Source: Mizuhopecten yessoensis (taxonomy: Eukaryota). From it: a DNA stretch of 64,000 bases. Shown in pieces: positions 13,535 through 27,030 of the stretch. Positions within the stretch are counted from its first letter, which is position 1. Each line of letters starts with the position of its first letter. The position numbers and the translations under genes are program-made. Below the pieces are notes generated by a model that did not search any database, was not told where the DNA came from, and worked only from the letters and a program-made list of their open reading frames with translations. The stretch spans positions 189,490-253,489 of the forward strand of contig NW_018406838.1 of NCBI RefSeq assembly GCF_002113885.1, given 5' to 3'.

Positions 13535-16080
13535 ACTATTGAGATAATAACCAGGTATTGACTATTGACACCATGATTTCTTGTCTATTGAGACAATAAC
13601 CAATAACCAAGTATTGACTATTGACACCATGATTTCTTGTCTATTGAGAAAATAACCAATAACCAGGTATTGACACCATGATTTCTTGTCTATTGGGACA
13701 ATAACCAATAACCATGTATTGACTATTGACACCATGATTTCTTGTCTATTGAGACAATAACCAATAACCAGGGATTGACAACATGATTTCTTATCTATTG
13801 AGACAATAACCAATAACCAGGTATTGACTATTGGCACCATGATGTCTTGTCTATTGAGACAATAACCAATAACCAGGTATTAACTATTGACACCATGATT
13901 TCTTATCTATTGAGACAATAACCAATAACCAGGTATTGACTATTGGCACCATGATGTCTTGTCTATTGAGACAATAACCAATAACCAGGTATTGACTATT
14001 GGCACCATGATGTCTTGTCTATTGAGACAATAACCAATAACCAGGGATTGACACCATGATTTCTTGTCTATTGAGACAATAAACAATAACCAGGTATTGA
14101 CACCATGATTTCTTGTCTATTGGGACAATAACCAATAACCATGTATTGACTATTGACACCATGATTTCTTGTCTATCGAGACAATAACCAATAACCAGGT
14201 ATTGACACCATAATTTCTTGTCTATTGAGACAATAACCAATAACCAGGTATTAACTATTGACACCATGATTTCTTATCTATTGAGACAATAACCAAAAAC
14301 CAGGTATTGACTATTGACACCATGATTTCTTGTATATTGAGACAATAACCAATAACCAGATATTGACACCTTGATTTCTTGTCTATTGAGACAATAACCA
14401 ATAACTAGGTATTGACTATTGACACCATGATCTCTTGTCTATTGAGACAATAACCAATAACCAGGCATTGACACCATGATTTCTTGTCTATTGAGACAAT
14501 AACCATGTATGGACTATTGACACCATGATTTCTTATCTATTGAGACAATAACCAATAACCAGGTATTGACTATTGGCACCATGATGTCTTGTCTATTGAG
14601 ACAATAACCAATAACCAGGGATTGACAACATGATTTCTTATCTATTGAGACAATAACCAAAAACCAGGTATTGACTATTGACACCATGATTTCTTATCTA
14701 TTGAGACAATAACCAATAACCAGGTATTGACACCATAATTTCTTGTCTATTGAGACAATAACCAATAACCAGGGATTGACAACATGATTTCTTATCTATT
14801 GAGACAATAACCAATAACCAGGTATTGACTATTGCCACAATGATTTCTTGTCTATTGAGACAATAACCAATAACCAAGTATTGACTATTGACACCATGAT
14901 TTCTTGACTATTGAGAAAATAACCAATAACCAGGTATTGACTATTGACACCATGATTTATTGTCTATTGAGACAATAACCAATAACCAGGGATTGACAAC
15001 ATGATTTCTTATCTATTGAGACAATAACCAATAACCAGGTATTGACTATTGGCACCATGATGTCTTGTCTATTGAGACAATAACCAATAACCAGGTATCG
15101 ACTATTGACACCATGATTTCTTGTCTATTGAGAAAATAACCAATAACCAGGTATTGACACCATGATTTCTTGTCTATTGAAACAATAACCAATAACCAGG
15201 TATTGACTATTGACACCATGATTTATTGTCTATTGAGACAATAACCAATAACCAGGGATTGACACCATGATTTCTTGTCTATTGAGACAATAACCAATAA
15301 CCAGGTATTGACACCATGATTTCTTATCTATTGAGAGAATAACCAATAACCAGGTATTGACTATTGACACCATGATTTATTGTCTATTGAGACAATAACC
15401 AATAACCAGGGATTGACAACATGATTTCTTATCTATTGAGACAATAACCAATAACTAGGTATTGACTATTGACACCATGATTTCTTGTCTATCTTATCTA
15501 TTGAGACAATAACCAATAACCAGGTATTGACTATTGGCACCATGATGTCTTGTCTATTGAGACAATAACCAATAACCAGGTATTGACTATTGCCACAATG
15601 ATTTCTTGTCTATTGAGACAATAACCAATAACCATGCATTGACTATTGACACCATGATTTCTTATCTATTCAGACAATAACCAATAACCATGTATTGAGT
15701 ATTGACACCATGATTTCTTATCTATTGAGACAATAACCAAAAACCAGGTATTGACTATTGACACCATGATTTCTTGTCTATTGAGACAATAACCAATAAC
15801 CATGCATTGACTATTGACACCATGATTTCTTGTCTACTGAGACAATAACCAATAACCATGCATTGACTATTGACACCATGATTTCTTGTCTATTGAGACA
15901 ATAACCATGTATGGACTATTGACACCATGATTTCTTATCTATTGAGACAATAACCAATAACCATGCATTGACTATTGACACCATGATTTCTTGTTTATTG
16001 AGACAATAACCAATAACCAGGTATTGACACTATGATTTCTTGTCTATTGAGACAATAACCAATAACCATGCATTGACTAT
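13535..16080. repeat. 56/49-bp minisatellite filling intron 7
   Basis: Unit TTGAGACAATAACCAATAACCAGGTATTGACTATTGACACCATGATTTCTTGTCTA; variants differ by 7-bp modules. Confidence 0.97.
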
Positions 16081-16312
16081 AGAGACACTGACCACATACT
16101 GATTATAGACACTGACCATAAAATAACTATTAAAACACTGACCATATATGGACTATTTGCAGTCATCCTAACCACCATTTGTGTGGTATACTAACCTGTA
16201 CTTTGTTGTTTCATTTATCAAATAATTTTCAATGACATGCCAGCAAGTATAAAAGTTCACTAACAGTTTTCTTGTACTAATTAACAATATTGATTATAAA
16301 TTGATAGCATAC

Positions 16313-16424
16313 TTTCTTCTCGGGAGGACAGAAGGTCTGCCGAGTTGAAAAGCTCGTCAACAACCCCAGTAGCATCTACTCTTGTGGAGTCCATCCTTCT
16401 CTCTTTCATTGAATCCTCAAATTT
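16313..16424 (-). CDS. FAM102A: FAM102A/EEIG1 coding exon 7
   Basis: tttacag|AAA; KFEDSMKERRMDSTRVDATGVVDELFNSADLLSSREE; donor A|GTATGC. 112 nt, phase 0->1. Matches the conserved D.TR.DA..IV motif. Confidence 0.93.
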
Positions 16425-16943
16425 CTGTAAACAAAAGTAAATAAGCCTTTGAAATCCATATTCAACACAGAACCTTATTTTGGCTAAGCTAATTGCGAAT
16501 TTTAAATTAATGTTTCTACATTTTTTTTTCAAGTTGAAAGTGATTTTGATGTGTTCCTTTTTTATTGAGAATGAATGCCATGAATAAATCAAAATTTCTC
16601 TCGTCATGCATAACTAGAGTTTTGTTTTTTATGAACGAAAATATGTCTCCTCTAAAAAACCAATATGTATATTGAACAGATTTTATTGACTTTGTATATG
16701 TCAATTGGATTGGACATCAGACTAGGCTTATACTATTAAGTCCTTTTCAAACTTATTTACAAACATAAACAGTGCAGGGGAGATAGCTCCAATTCAGTTT
16801 GTGAAATAAATATTTTTGAACTTTTCCAGATCATTGTCTGTTAATGTTTTGGATATTAACAACAAAATAAATCATGTATATTTGTTGACAACCCATCCTG
16901 CATTAATATCTATCGGATAGGATACAGGTCCAAATCATCTTTA

Positions 16944-17445
16944 ATGGTTTCTAGGGCAGGGCTCAACAATAAGGGTGGACCGACAGTTTGAGACTATAGT
17001 GACACAGGACTAGACATTAAGGGTGGACCGACAGTCTGAGTCTATAGTGGCACAGGACTAGACAATAAGGGTGGACCGCCAGTCTGAGACTAGTGAAATC
17101 TCCAATGGTTTCTGGGGCAGGGCTCAACAATAAGGGTGGGACTGACAGTCTGAGACTGGGGAAATCTCCAATGGTTTCTAGGGCAGGGCTCAACAATAGG
17201 GGTGGACCGACAGTTTGAGACTATAGTGACACAGGACTAGACAATAAGGGGGGACCGACAGTCTGAGACTATAGAGACACAGGACTAGACAATAAGGGTG
17301 GACCGCCAGTCTGAGACTAGTGAAATCTCCAATGGGTTCTAGGGCAGGGCTCAACAATAGGGGTGGACCGACAGTTTGAGACTATAGTGACACAGGACTA
17401 GACAATAAGGGTGGACCGACAGTCTGAGACTAGTGAAATCTCCAG
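16944..17445. repeat. Composite tandem repeat of two alternating modules
   Basis: ACAATAAGGGTGGACCGACAGTCTGAGACTA followed by either TAGTGACACAGGACTAG or GTGAAATCTCCAATGGTTTCTAGGGCAGGGCTC. Confidence 0.9.
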
Positions 17446-17593
17446 CTGGACAAGGTATTACTGCTAGCCCAACTGACTAGTCATAAGTTGATATTGCTCA
17501 TCTTGTTGAATTATATTGGGTCATTGGAACTTGCACAACAACTAGTTAAAATTGTTACGTTTGATGAGAACACTGACCACCAAGGTAGCCTAC

Positions 17594-17651
17594 CTTTCTC
17601 CGGTCACCTTTGATGAGATCATTGATGAGGGCAGATCCAGCACTTGGACTT
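17594..17651 (-). CDS. FAM102A: FAM102A/EEIG1 coding exon 6
   Basis: attacag|A; (R)SPSAGSALINDLIKGDRRK; donor AAG|GTAGGC. 58 nt; phase 2->0 exactly bridges exons 5 and 7. Confidence 0.85.
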
Positions 17652-18988
17652 CTGTAATAGTAAATAGAACATTTCACTATCACTAGTTGTACAGGAAACA
17701 CTCCAGGTGGGTTACTTTGATTACACATTACTGATTTGAAAGGCAATATCTATTTGACATTATTTACAACACTTCAGATCTTGAGACTACATAGTACTGC
17801 ATTACATGGCATTGCATTCTGATATTTTTGTTTACTTTAACCATTCTGATATTTTTGTTTACTTTAACCATTTTTACGTACACCCCTGTTTATCCTGTAT
17901 CCTTTTATAATTAGGCCCAAGATTCCTGAGACAAAAATAATAAGCTCAGAAGTTTTCCAAAAATTAGATTTTGCCAATGTTCTTTTATTAGATTTGTTTC
18001 AAATGGTATATAATTCAGCAACAAAGAAAAGGAAACATCTAGCTTGCAATAGGGAATAGATTTGGGGATATATCCCTAACCACTGTATTATTTCCCCATT
18101 CCTGATGAGATTCCCTGGGGTAATCAGTCTGAACTTATTATTTTTTTCAAAAATCAGTCTCTCATATAATTTCACAATGCCTAACAAAGTTTATTATATA
18201 GATACAGAATCACCATTTTGCATGTCGTAGCAAACACATTTTCTTCATTTTCAGAGTATAGTCTTAATATGTATTCTGATGAGGAGAGTTAAAATGTCTC
18301 ACAAACAGTTTAAAACATCTACATGATCATGATTTGACTCATTTCTAGCGATCTAGTGATCAGAAGCATTTGATAATTGATTCACAGCATCACAGCAATC
18401 AACACAATTAGCCGATGACATTTATTGTAGCTATACCTCAACACAGTGGTACTAAGGAAGGGGGAAGGAAGCCCAGCTGTATACCAGAATATTCCCTCAC
18501 AACTTACTGCTCTATATAGATCCTGGAGGGTTATATAGGATTTGTTGTAAATAGTGATGTAGTTATAGATAACTTATAGTGACTATCTTTATAGGATTTG
18601 TTATATAGTGTTGTACAGTTACATTAACCACATATAGGTTTCATTGTCTAGTTATGAATTAATATTTCTTCACTCGAATGATTAATTAACAATAAGTACA
18701 GATTAAAACAGGTTGTGCAGTTCCATGATCTACATGTATTGTAGGACTGTAAACAGAAATATCTAATATTTCATCCAATTTATTGCTGCTGCATTGGTTT
18801 GAATTAGACTTTAAAAGAAATAAAACTAATTCTGCTGCAACCTTCTCTATTTTGCTCCTCTCTTGTTAAGATTAATGTTATACCTACTGTGTATGGACAT
18901 TGGAGTAGGAAGCAGTGCTGAAGAAATCCCGTTTATAGGGATCATGACCTTCAGACTTGAAAAGGAATCCCATGTTGTAGGACTATTA

Positions 18989-21972
18989 AGACTACTGTGT
19001 CATCCTGTATGACCTCCTTGTAATGATGGGCCGTTCAGACTCTTGTATGACCTTATTGTGTTGATGGGACGTTAAGACTACTGTGTGGTCCTGTATGACC
19101 TCATTGTGATGATGGGCCGTTCAGACTACTGAGTCGTCCTGTATGACCTCATTTTGTTGATGGGCCGTTTTACTACTGTGTGGTCCTGTATGACTCATTG
19201 TGTTGATGGACCGTTAAGACTACTGTGTACTACTGTGTTGTCCTGTATGACCTTCTTGTTGACCTTGTTGTGATGATGGGCCATTCAGACTACTGTGTCT
19301 TCCGGTATGACCTTATTGTGTTGATGGGCCGTTCAGACTACTGTGTAGTCCTGTATGACCCTATTGTGTTGATGGGACGTTAAGACTATTGTGTGGTCCT
19401 GTATGTCCTCATTGTGCTGATGGGCTGTTAAGACTACTGTGTTGTCCTGTATGACCTTCTTGTTGACCTTGTTGTGATGATGGGCCATTCAGACTACTGT
19501 GTCTTCCGGTATGACCTTATTGTGTTGATGGGCCGTTCAGACTACTGAGTCGTCCTGTATGACCTCATTTTGTTGATGGGCCGTTTTACTACTGTGTGGT
19601 CCTGTATGACTCATTGTGTTGATGGACCGTTAAGACTACTGTGTGGGCCTGTATGACCTCATTGGGCTGATGGGCCGTTCAGACTACTGGGTCGTCCTGT
19701 ATGACCCTATTGGGTTGATGGAACGTTAAGACTACTGTGTTGTCCTGTATGACCTCATTGTGCTGATGTGCCGTTCAGACTACTGTGTCGTCCTGTATGA
19801 CCTTGTTGTGATGATAGGCCGTTCAGACTCCTGTATGACCTTATTGTGTTGATGGGACGTTAAGACTACTGTGTGGTCCTGTATGACCTCATTGTGCTGA
19901 TGGGCCGTTCAGACTACTGTGTTGTCCTGTATGACCCCATTGTGTTGATGGAACGTTAAGACTACTGTGTCGTTCTGTATGACCTCATTGTGCTGATGGG
20001 CCGTTCAGACTACTGTGTTGTCCTGTATGACCTTGTTGTGATGATGGGACGTTAAGACTACTGTGTGGTCCTGTATGACCTCATTGTGCTGATGGGCCGT
20101 TAAGACTACTGTGTGGTCCTGTATGACCTTGTTGTGATGATGGGCCGTTAAGACTACTGTGTGGTCCTGTATGACCTCATTGTGCTGATGGGCCGTTAAG
20201 ACTACTGTGTGGTCCTGTATGACCTTGTTGTGATGATGGGCCATTCAGACTACTGTGTCTTCCGGTATGACCTTATTGTGTTGATGGGCTATTCAGACTA
20301 CTGTGTCGTCCTGTATGACCTCATTGTGATGATGGGCCGTTCAGATTACTGTGTCGTCCTGTATGACCTTGTTGTGATGATGGTCCGTTCAGACTACTGT
20401 GTGGTCCTGTATGATCTCATTGTGTTGATGGGACGTTAAGACTACTGTGTCATCCCCTTGTAATGATGGGCCGTTCAGACTCTTGTATGACCTTATTGTG
20501 TTGATGGGACTTTAAGACTACTGTGTGGTCCTGTATGACCTTGGTGTGATGATGGGCCATTCAGACTACTGTGTCTTTCGGTATGACCTTATTGTGTTGA
20601 TGGGCTATTCAGTCTACTGTGTCGTCCTGTATGACCTCATTGTGCTGCTGGGCCGTTCAGATTACTGTGTCGTCCTGTATGACGTTGTTGTGATGATGGT
20701 CCGTTCAGACTACTGTGTGGTCCTGTATGATCGCATTGTGTTGATGGGACGTTAAGACTACTGTGTCGTCATGTATGACCTCGTTGTGTTGATGGGACGT
20801 TAAGACTACTGTGTTGTCCTGTATGAACCTATTATGTTGATGGGACGTTAAGACTACTGTGTTGTCCTGTATGACCTCATTGTGCTGATGGGACGTTAAG
20901 ACTACTGTGTTGTCCTGTATGACCTTGTTGTGATGATGGGCAATTCAGACTACTGTGTCTTCCGGTATGCCCTTATTGTGTTGATGGGCTATTCAGACTA
21001 CTGTGTCGTCCTGTATGACCTCATTGTGCTGATGGGACGTTAAGACTACTGTGTTGTCCTGTATGAACCTATTATGTTGATGGGACGTTAAGACTACTGT
21101 GTCGTCATGTATGACCTCGTTGTGTTGATGGGACGTTAAGACTACTGTGTCAGCCTGTATGACCCTATTGTGTTGATGGGCAGTTAAGACTACTGTGTCG
21201 TCCTGTATGACCTCATTGTGCTGCTGGGCCGTTCAGATTACTGTGTCGTCCTGTATGACGTTGTTGTGATGATGGTCCGTTCAGACTACTGTGTGGTCCT
21301 GTATGATCTTTTTGTGTTGATGGGATGTTAAGACTACTGTGTCGTCCTGTATGACCTTATTGTGTTGATGGACCATTAAGACTACCGTGTGGTCCTGTAT
21401 GACCTTATTGTGTTGATGGGACGTTAAGACTACTGAGTGGTGTGTTCTTGTATGACTTCATTGTGTTGATGGGACGTTAAGGCTACTGTGTCGTCCTGTA
21501 TGACCTCATTTTGTTGATGGGCCGTTATTACTACTGTGTGGTCCTGTATGACCTCATTGTGTTGATGGGACGTTAAGACTACTGTGTGGTCCCGTATGAC
21601 CTCATTGTGTTGATGGGACGTTAAGACTACTGTGTTGTCCTGTATGACCTTATTGTGTTGATGGGACGTTAAGACTACTGTGTGGTCCTGTATGACCTTA
21701 TTGTGTTGATGGGACGTTAAGACTACTGTGTGGTCCTGTATGACCTTATTGTGTTGATGGGACGTTAAGACTACTGTGTGGTCCTGTATGACCTTATTGT
21801 GTTGATGGGACGTTAAGACTACTGTGTGGTCCTGTATGACCTCATTGTGTTGATGGGACGTTAAGACTACTGTGTGGTCCTGTATGACCTTATTGTGTTG
21901 ATGGGATGTTAAGACTACTGTGTGGTCCTGTATGACCTTATTGTGTTGATGGGACGTTAAGACTACTGTGTC
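18989..21972. repeat. 48-bp minisatellite, ~60 copies
   Basis: Unit GACTACTGTGTGGTCCTGTATGACCTCATTGTGTTGATGGGACGTTAA. Confidence 0.97.
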
Positions 21973-22436
21973 AGGTATGACGGGAATAAAAGAAACCAAT
22001 TGTAAATGGTGGTGCTTTATGTTTTTGTATAATGTAAGTGCGTAGACAGTCAACCAGATATTTTGGTCAAACCAATTGTAGGTTTTGCAGCTAAACAGGA
22101 ATGATACATGTATCTAATTGTGAAAGTTTATCATTAAAAGTGAAAATTCATGATAAAGGTAGGACTTAAATATGATTGATGAGTCAAAGAACATTAGCAA
22201 ATACAAAACTAGATCAAACACACAGGTATACTCACAAATAAAATACATTCAAAAATCTGTAAAATTGATACAGGTCATGCAAAAACGTGCTGTACAAAGA
22301 GTTATAAGTCAATGACTGGCAGTGTATAACGCTAGTTATGAGCTAAACTATAAACAACTACTGATAGAACAAAGCAAACAAAATAGGGAGTAAATATATA
22401 CCACACCCTGCCACCATGACCAGTCCACAACCTAAG

Positions 22437-22600
22437 ATCCCTCCATTGCTGGTCCATAATCTACTATCCCTCCATTACTGGGTTATATTCTACCATCCCT
22501 CCATTACTGGCCTATAATCCACCATTCCTCCATTAGTGCGCTATATTCCACCATCCCTCCATTACTGGCCCATAATCCACTATCCCTTTATTACTGGGCT
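22437..22600. repeat. ~29-bp degenerate tandem repeat
   Basis: CCACCATCCCTCCATTACTGG... x ~6. Confidence 0.8.
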
Positions 22601-22612
22601 TTATCCACCACT

Positions 22613-23948
22613 ACAGACTGTAATAGAGACCACTCCATAACAGACTATAATAGAGACCCCCTCCGTAACAGACTGTAATAAAGACCACTCCCTAACAGAC
22701 TGTAATATTAATAGAGACCCTCTCCCTAACAGACTAATAGAGACCCCTCCCTAACAGACTGTATTAGAGACCCCTCCCTAACAGACTGTAATAGAGACCC
22801 CTCCCTAACAGACTAATAGAGACCCCCTTCCTAACAGACTGTAATAGAGACCCCTCCCTAACAGACTGTAATAATGACCCCTCCCTAACAGACTGTAATA
22901 GAGACCCCTCCCTAACAGACTGTAATAGAGACCCTCTCCCTAACAGACTAATAGAGACCCCCTCCCTAACAGACTGTAATATTAATAGAGACCCTCTCCC
23001 TAACAGACTAATAGAGACCCCTCCCTAACAGACTGTAATAGAGACCCCTCCGTAACAGACTGTAATAGAGACCCCTCCCTAACTGACTAATAGAGACCCT
23101 TCCCTAACAGACTAATAGAGACCCCTCCCTAACAGACTGTAATAGAGACCCCCTCCTTAACAGACTGTTATAGAGACCCCTCCCTAACAGACTGTAATAG
23201 AGACCCCTCCCTAACAGACTTAATAGACCCCCTCCCTAACAGACTAATAGAGACCCCCTCCCTAACAGACTAATATAGACCCCTCCCTAACAGACTAATA
23301 GAGACCCCCACCCTAACAGACTAATAGAGACCCCCTCTCTAACAGACTGTAACTGAGACCCTATCCCTAACAGACTGTAATAGAGACCCTTCCGTAACGG
23401 ACTATAATAGAGACCCCTCCCTAACAGACTAATAGAGACCTCTCCCTAACAGACTAACAGAGACCCATCCCTTACAGACTGTAATAGAGACCCCCTTCCT
23501 AACAGACTGTAATAGAGACCCCTCCCTAACAGACTGTAATAGAGACCCCTCCCTAACAGACTAATAGAGACCCCTCCCTAACAGACTAATAGAGACCCAT
23601 TCCTAACAGACTGTAATAGAGACCCCCTCCCTAACAGACTGTAATAGAGACCCCTCCCTAACAGACTATAATAGAGACCCCTCCCTAACAGACTAATAGA
23701 GACCCCTCCCTAACAGACTAACAGAGACCCATCCCTTACAGACTGTAATAGAGACCCCCTTCCTAACAGACTGTAATAGAGACCCCTCCCTAACAGACTG
23801 TAATAGAGACCCCTCCCTAACAGACTAATAGAGACCCCTCCCTAACAGACTAATAGAGACCCATTCCTAACAGACTGTAATAGAGACCCCCTCCCTAACA
23901 GACTGTAATAGAGACCCCTCCCTAACAGACTGTAATAGGTCCCTAACA
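22613..23948. repeat. 25/27-bp minisatellite, ~50 copies
   Basis: Unit CTCCCTAACAGACT(GT)AATAGAGACCC. Confidence 0.97.
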
Positions 23949-25051
23949 GGTTGTGCAGTAAGAAACCTGTAGTTGCGTAGCCTTACCTTTTGCAATGTTC
24001 ACTGTTTCATTGCAGGCAAGAAAGGAAAACATGAATAGATTTACAACAAGACTCAGTAGGACTTGATATAATCAGGGTGTTCTCTAAAAGATCTATTACA
24101 TGCTAAAGATATATTTCTGATCACAATGTCTTCCTTTACCCTGATAAGACCAGAACATCATGCAATAGCCTGTTCACTGATAACATGTAAATAAAGTATA
24201 GCATTTCCCAAAGGTGGGTTCACTCAAATTTCAGGTATTTCATTAAATCAAAATTTCTCAGTTTTTGCTCTGTCTTGACTTGTACAGTCAATATATCTAT
24301 CCATAACCATGCCTTTTACATATTCCTTTATAGGATGAGCGGTACAAATAGTATGACAACTGACAATTGTAACATCTAATGTAAATGTTATGATACCAAT
24401 AAATTATTATGGCCAAAAAAACTGAAAGTAGGTTTTATTTATTTTTACACTTATTGTAAGATTTTTGTTCACTGGAAGGTACTTATAAAGTTCAGGACTT
24501 CTATGATACTGGAAACAGTGACTATAATACATTGTATCTTTATATAGTGAAGTATTGCTGTAAACTGGTGGGAATCCATCTCTAATTACATGTATAACGG
24601 GTATAGTAGTCTTAATATCCGAAAAGTAGAAAAAATACCATTCACAAATAACTGAATTGTACATCAGCTAAAAATTAATTATGAACACTTGCAATACAAC
24701 AAATAGAAGAATCTAAACAGAATGACAGTAACAATAACGTACAGATATGCTTTATAGTTATATTTGTCAGATAATAACATTTTGCAGCCAGAATATTTAG
24801 AGGACTACCCATGGCCATAAACAACACTTATTAATCTGTTCCCTTGTATTATCTCCCTTTGTGCCATCTCCTGTACACACGTACAATGTATGACAAATGT
24901 GACATGTGTGTTACTGTTTACAATGTACACTCAATGTCACATCCTACATCACATGTTACAAAGAACTGTGTGACTTCAGCGACTGTCATTTGTTTACATT
25001 CTTTTTTTAATATCAAGTTATCTTGTAACTTGTAATATCGACAGTAGTTTT

Positions 25052-26285
25052 CCTGGTGTGGGCATGCTATTTGTAAGGCCAACAAACAAAGTGTGGGCAG
25101 AGTTTTGTCTAAGTAACACCTGGTGTGGGCAGAGTTTTGTCTAAGTAACACCTGATGAGGGCAGAGTTTTGTCTAAGTAACACCAGGTGTGGGCAGAGTT
25201 TTGTCTAAGTAACACCTGATGAGGGCAGAGTTTTGTCTAAGTAACACCAGGTGGGGGCAGAGTTTTGTCTAAGTAACACCTGGTGTGGGCAGAATATTGT
25301 CTAAGTAACACCTGATGTGGGCAGAGTTTTGTCTAAGTAACACCAGAAGTGGGCAGAGTTTTGTCTAGGTAACACCTGGTGTGGGCAGAATATTGTCTAA
25401 GTAACACCTGATGTGGGCAGAGCTTTTGTTAGGGAGACTGTTAGGGAGACATACCTGGTGTGTGTAGTGGGCATGCTATTTGTAAGGCCAACAAACAAAG
25501 TGTGGGCAGAGTTTTGTCTAAGTAACACCTGGTGTGGGCAGAATATTGTCTAAGTAACACCTGATGTGGGCAGAGTTTTGTCTAAGTAACACCAGATGTG
25601 GGCAGAGTTTTGTCTAGGTAACACCTGGTGTGGGCAGAGTTTTGTCTAAGTAACACCTGGTGTGGGCAGATTTTTGTCTAAGTAACACCTGATGAGGGCA
25701 GAGTTTTGTCCAAGTAACACCAGGTGTGGGCAGAGTTTTGTCTAAGTAACACCAGGTGGGGGCAGAGTTTTGTCTAAGTAACACCTGGTGTGGGCAGAAT
25801 ATTGTCTAAGTAACACCTGATGTGGGCAGAGTTTTGTCTAAGTAACACCAGAAGTGGGCAGAGTTTTGTCTAGGTAACACCTGGTGTGGGCAGAATATTG
25901 TCTAAGTAACACCTGATGTGGGCAGAGCTTTTGTTAGGGAGACTGTTAGGGAGACATACCTGGTGTGTGTAGTGGGCATGCTATTTGTAAGGCCAACAAA
26001 CAAAGTGTGGGCAGAGTTTTGTCTAAGTAACACCTGATGAGGGCAGAGTTTTGTCCAAGTAACACCAGGTGTGGGCAGAGTTTTGTCTAAGTAACACCTG
26101 GTGTGGGCAGAATATTGTCTAAGTAACACCTGATGTGGGCAGAGTTTTGTCTAAGTAACACCAGAAGTGGGCAGAGTTTTGTCTAGGTAACACCTGGTGT
26201 GGGCAGAATATTGTCTAAGTAACACCTGATGTGGGCAGAGTTTTTGTTAGGGAGACTGTTAGGGAGACATACCTGGTGTGTGTAG
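25052..26285. repeat. 32-bp minisatellite with higher-order blocks that include copies of the exon 5 donor
   Basis: Unit GTAACACCTGGTGTGGGCAGAGTTTTGTCTAA; TTAGGGAGACATACCTGGTGTGTGTAG occurs three times. Confidence 0.96.
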
Positions 26286-26429
26286 GGTTTTCATTGCCGA
26301 TACTCGACTGACGACTATGTGACAGAGAGACATAGCCTGTTGAGCTTTTAGAATGCTGGCTTGCATAGCTGTTGTTGCGCGAGTGGCTCTTCTCAAAGTC
26401 ATGGCTGATCTCAAACTCTGGAGGATTTT
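26273..26429 (-). CDS. FAM102A: FAM102A/EEIG1 coding exon 5
   Basis: attacag|AA; (E)NPPEFEISHDFEKSHSRNNSYASQHSKSSTGYVSLSHSRQSSIGNENPTHT(R); donor CAG|GTATGT. 157 nt, phase 1->2. Conserved HSRN.SYASQ.SK..GY...HSR.SS motif. Confidence 0.95.
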
Positions 26430-26543
26430 CTGTAATACAGTAATCTTAGAAATATCATATGCAATGATGGGAATAGTTTACCATTCACCGTCAACTACGC
26501 TCATCTCAGTTTCTAAGGGTAAAATTGGTAAAATACAATCATA

Positions 26544-27030
26544 ACAAGAGGCATAAAGAGCCTGTATCACTTATCTGTTATTTAGTGCTGTTATATTACA
26601 AAATAACAAAACATTTAACAAAATATCTTTAATGCTTAATATGAACCTCAGACAATCAAGAAGCTATGCTATAACAGTCATACCCCATTTTACAATTTAT
26701 TTTAGCAACCAGTACTTTAAACATTCCTCCAACTTTTCAAACAACTAATCAAATATCCTTCATCTTTAAATTGTGGTTCATAAGAGGTAGGTAGTCATTT
26801 CAAGATTTTCAGACATTTGACCCCTGATCTTGATATCACATTGTCTCACTTGTCAAATATCCATATTCTAGGACTCTGAGTCACACACACTCATTTGAAA
26901 TTTCAACACTACTGACCAGTATATCTGAATAAACCTGACAGCCCTTCAATCCAGTAAGCTACATGGCAAGTGTAATGACCTTATGCCTTATGGTTCTAAA
27001 GAGGAAAACAATGAGAAATACATGGATGGA
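26544..27030 (-). mobile_element. Highly decayed pearl/HINE remnant
   Basis: ACAAGAGGCATAAAGAGCCTGTATCACTTATCTG start and CATTTGACCCCTGATCTTGA motif resembling element B. Confidence 0.4.

Noticed and set aside
21430-22053. 207-aa His-rich repeat ORF
   Set aside because: Translation of a 48-bp minisatellite within intron 5; frame is broken elsewhere in the array and is not needed for exon phase.
22613-23948. Interstitial telomere (CCCTAA in every unit)
   Set aside because: Single hexamers embedded in a 25/27-bp unit, never tandem (TTAGGG)n.
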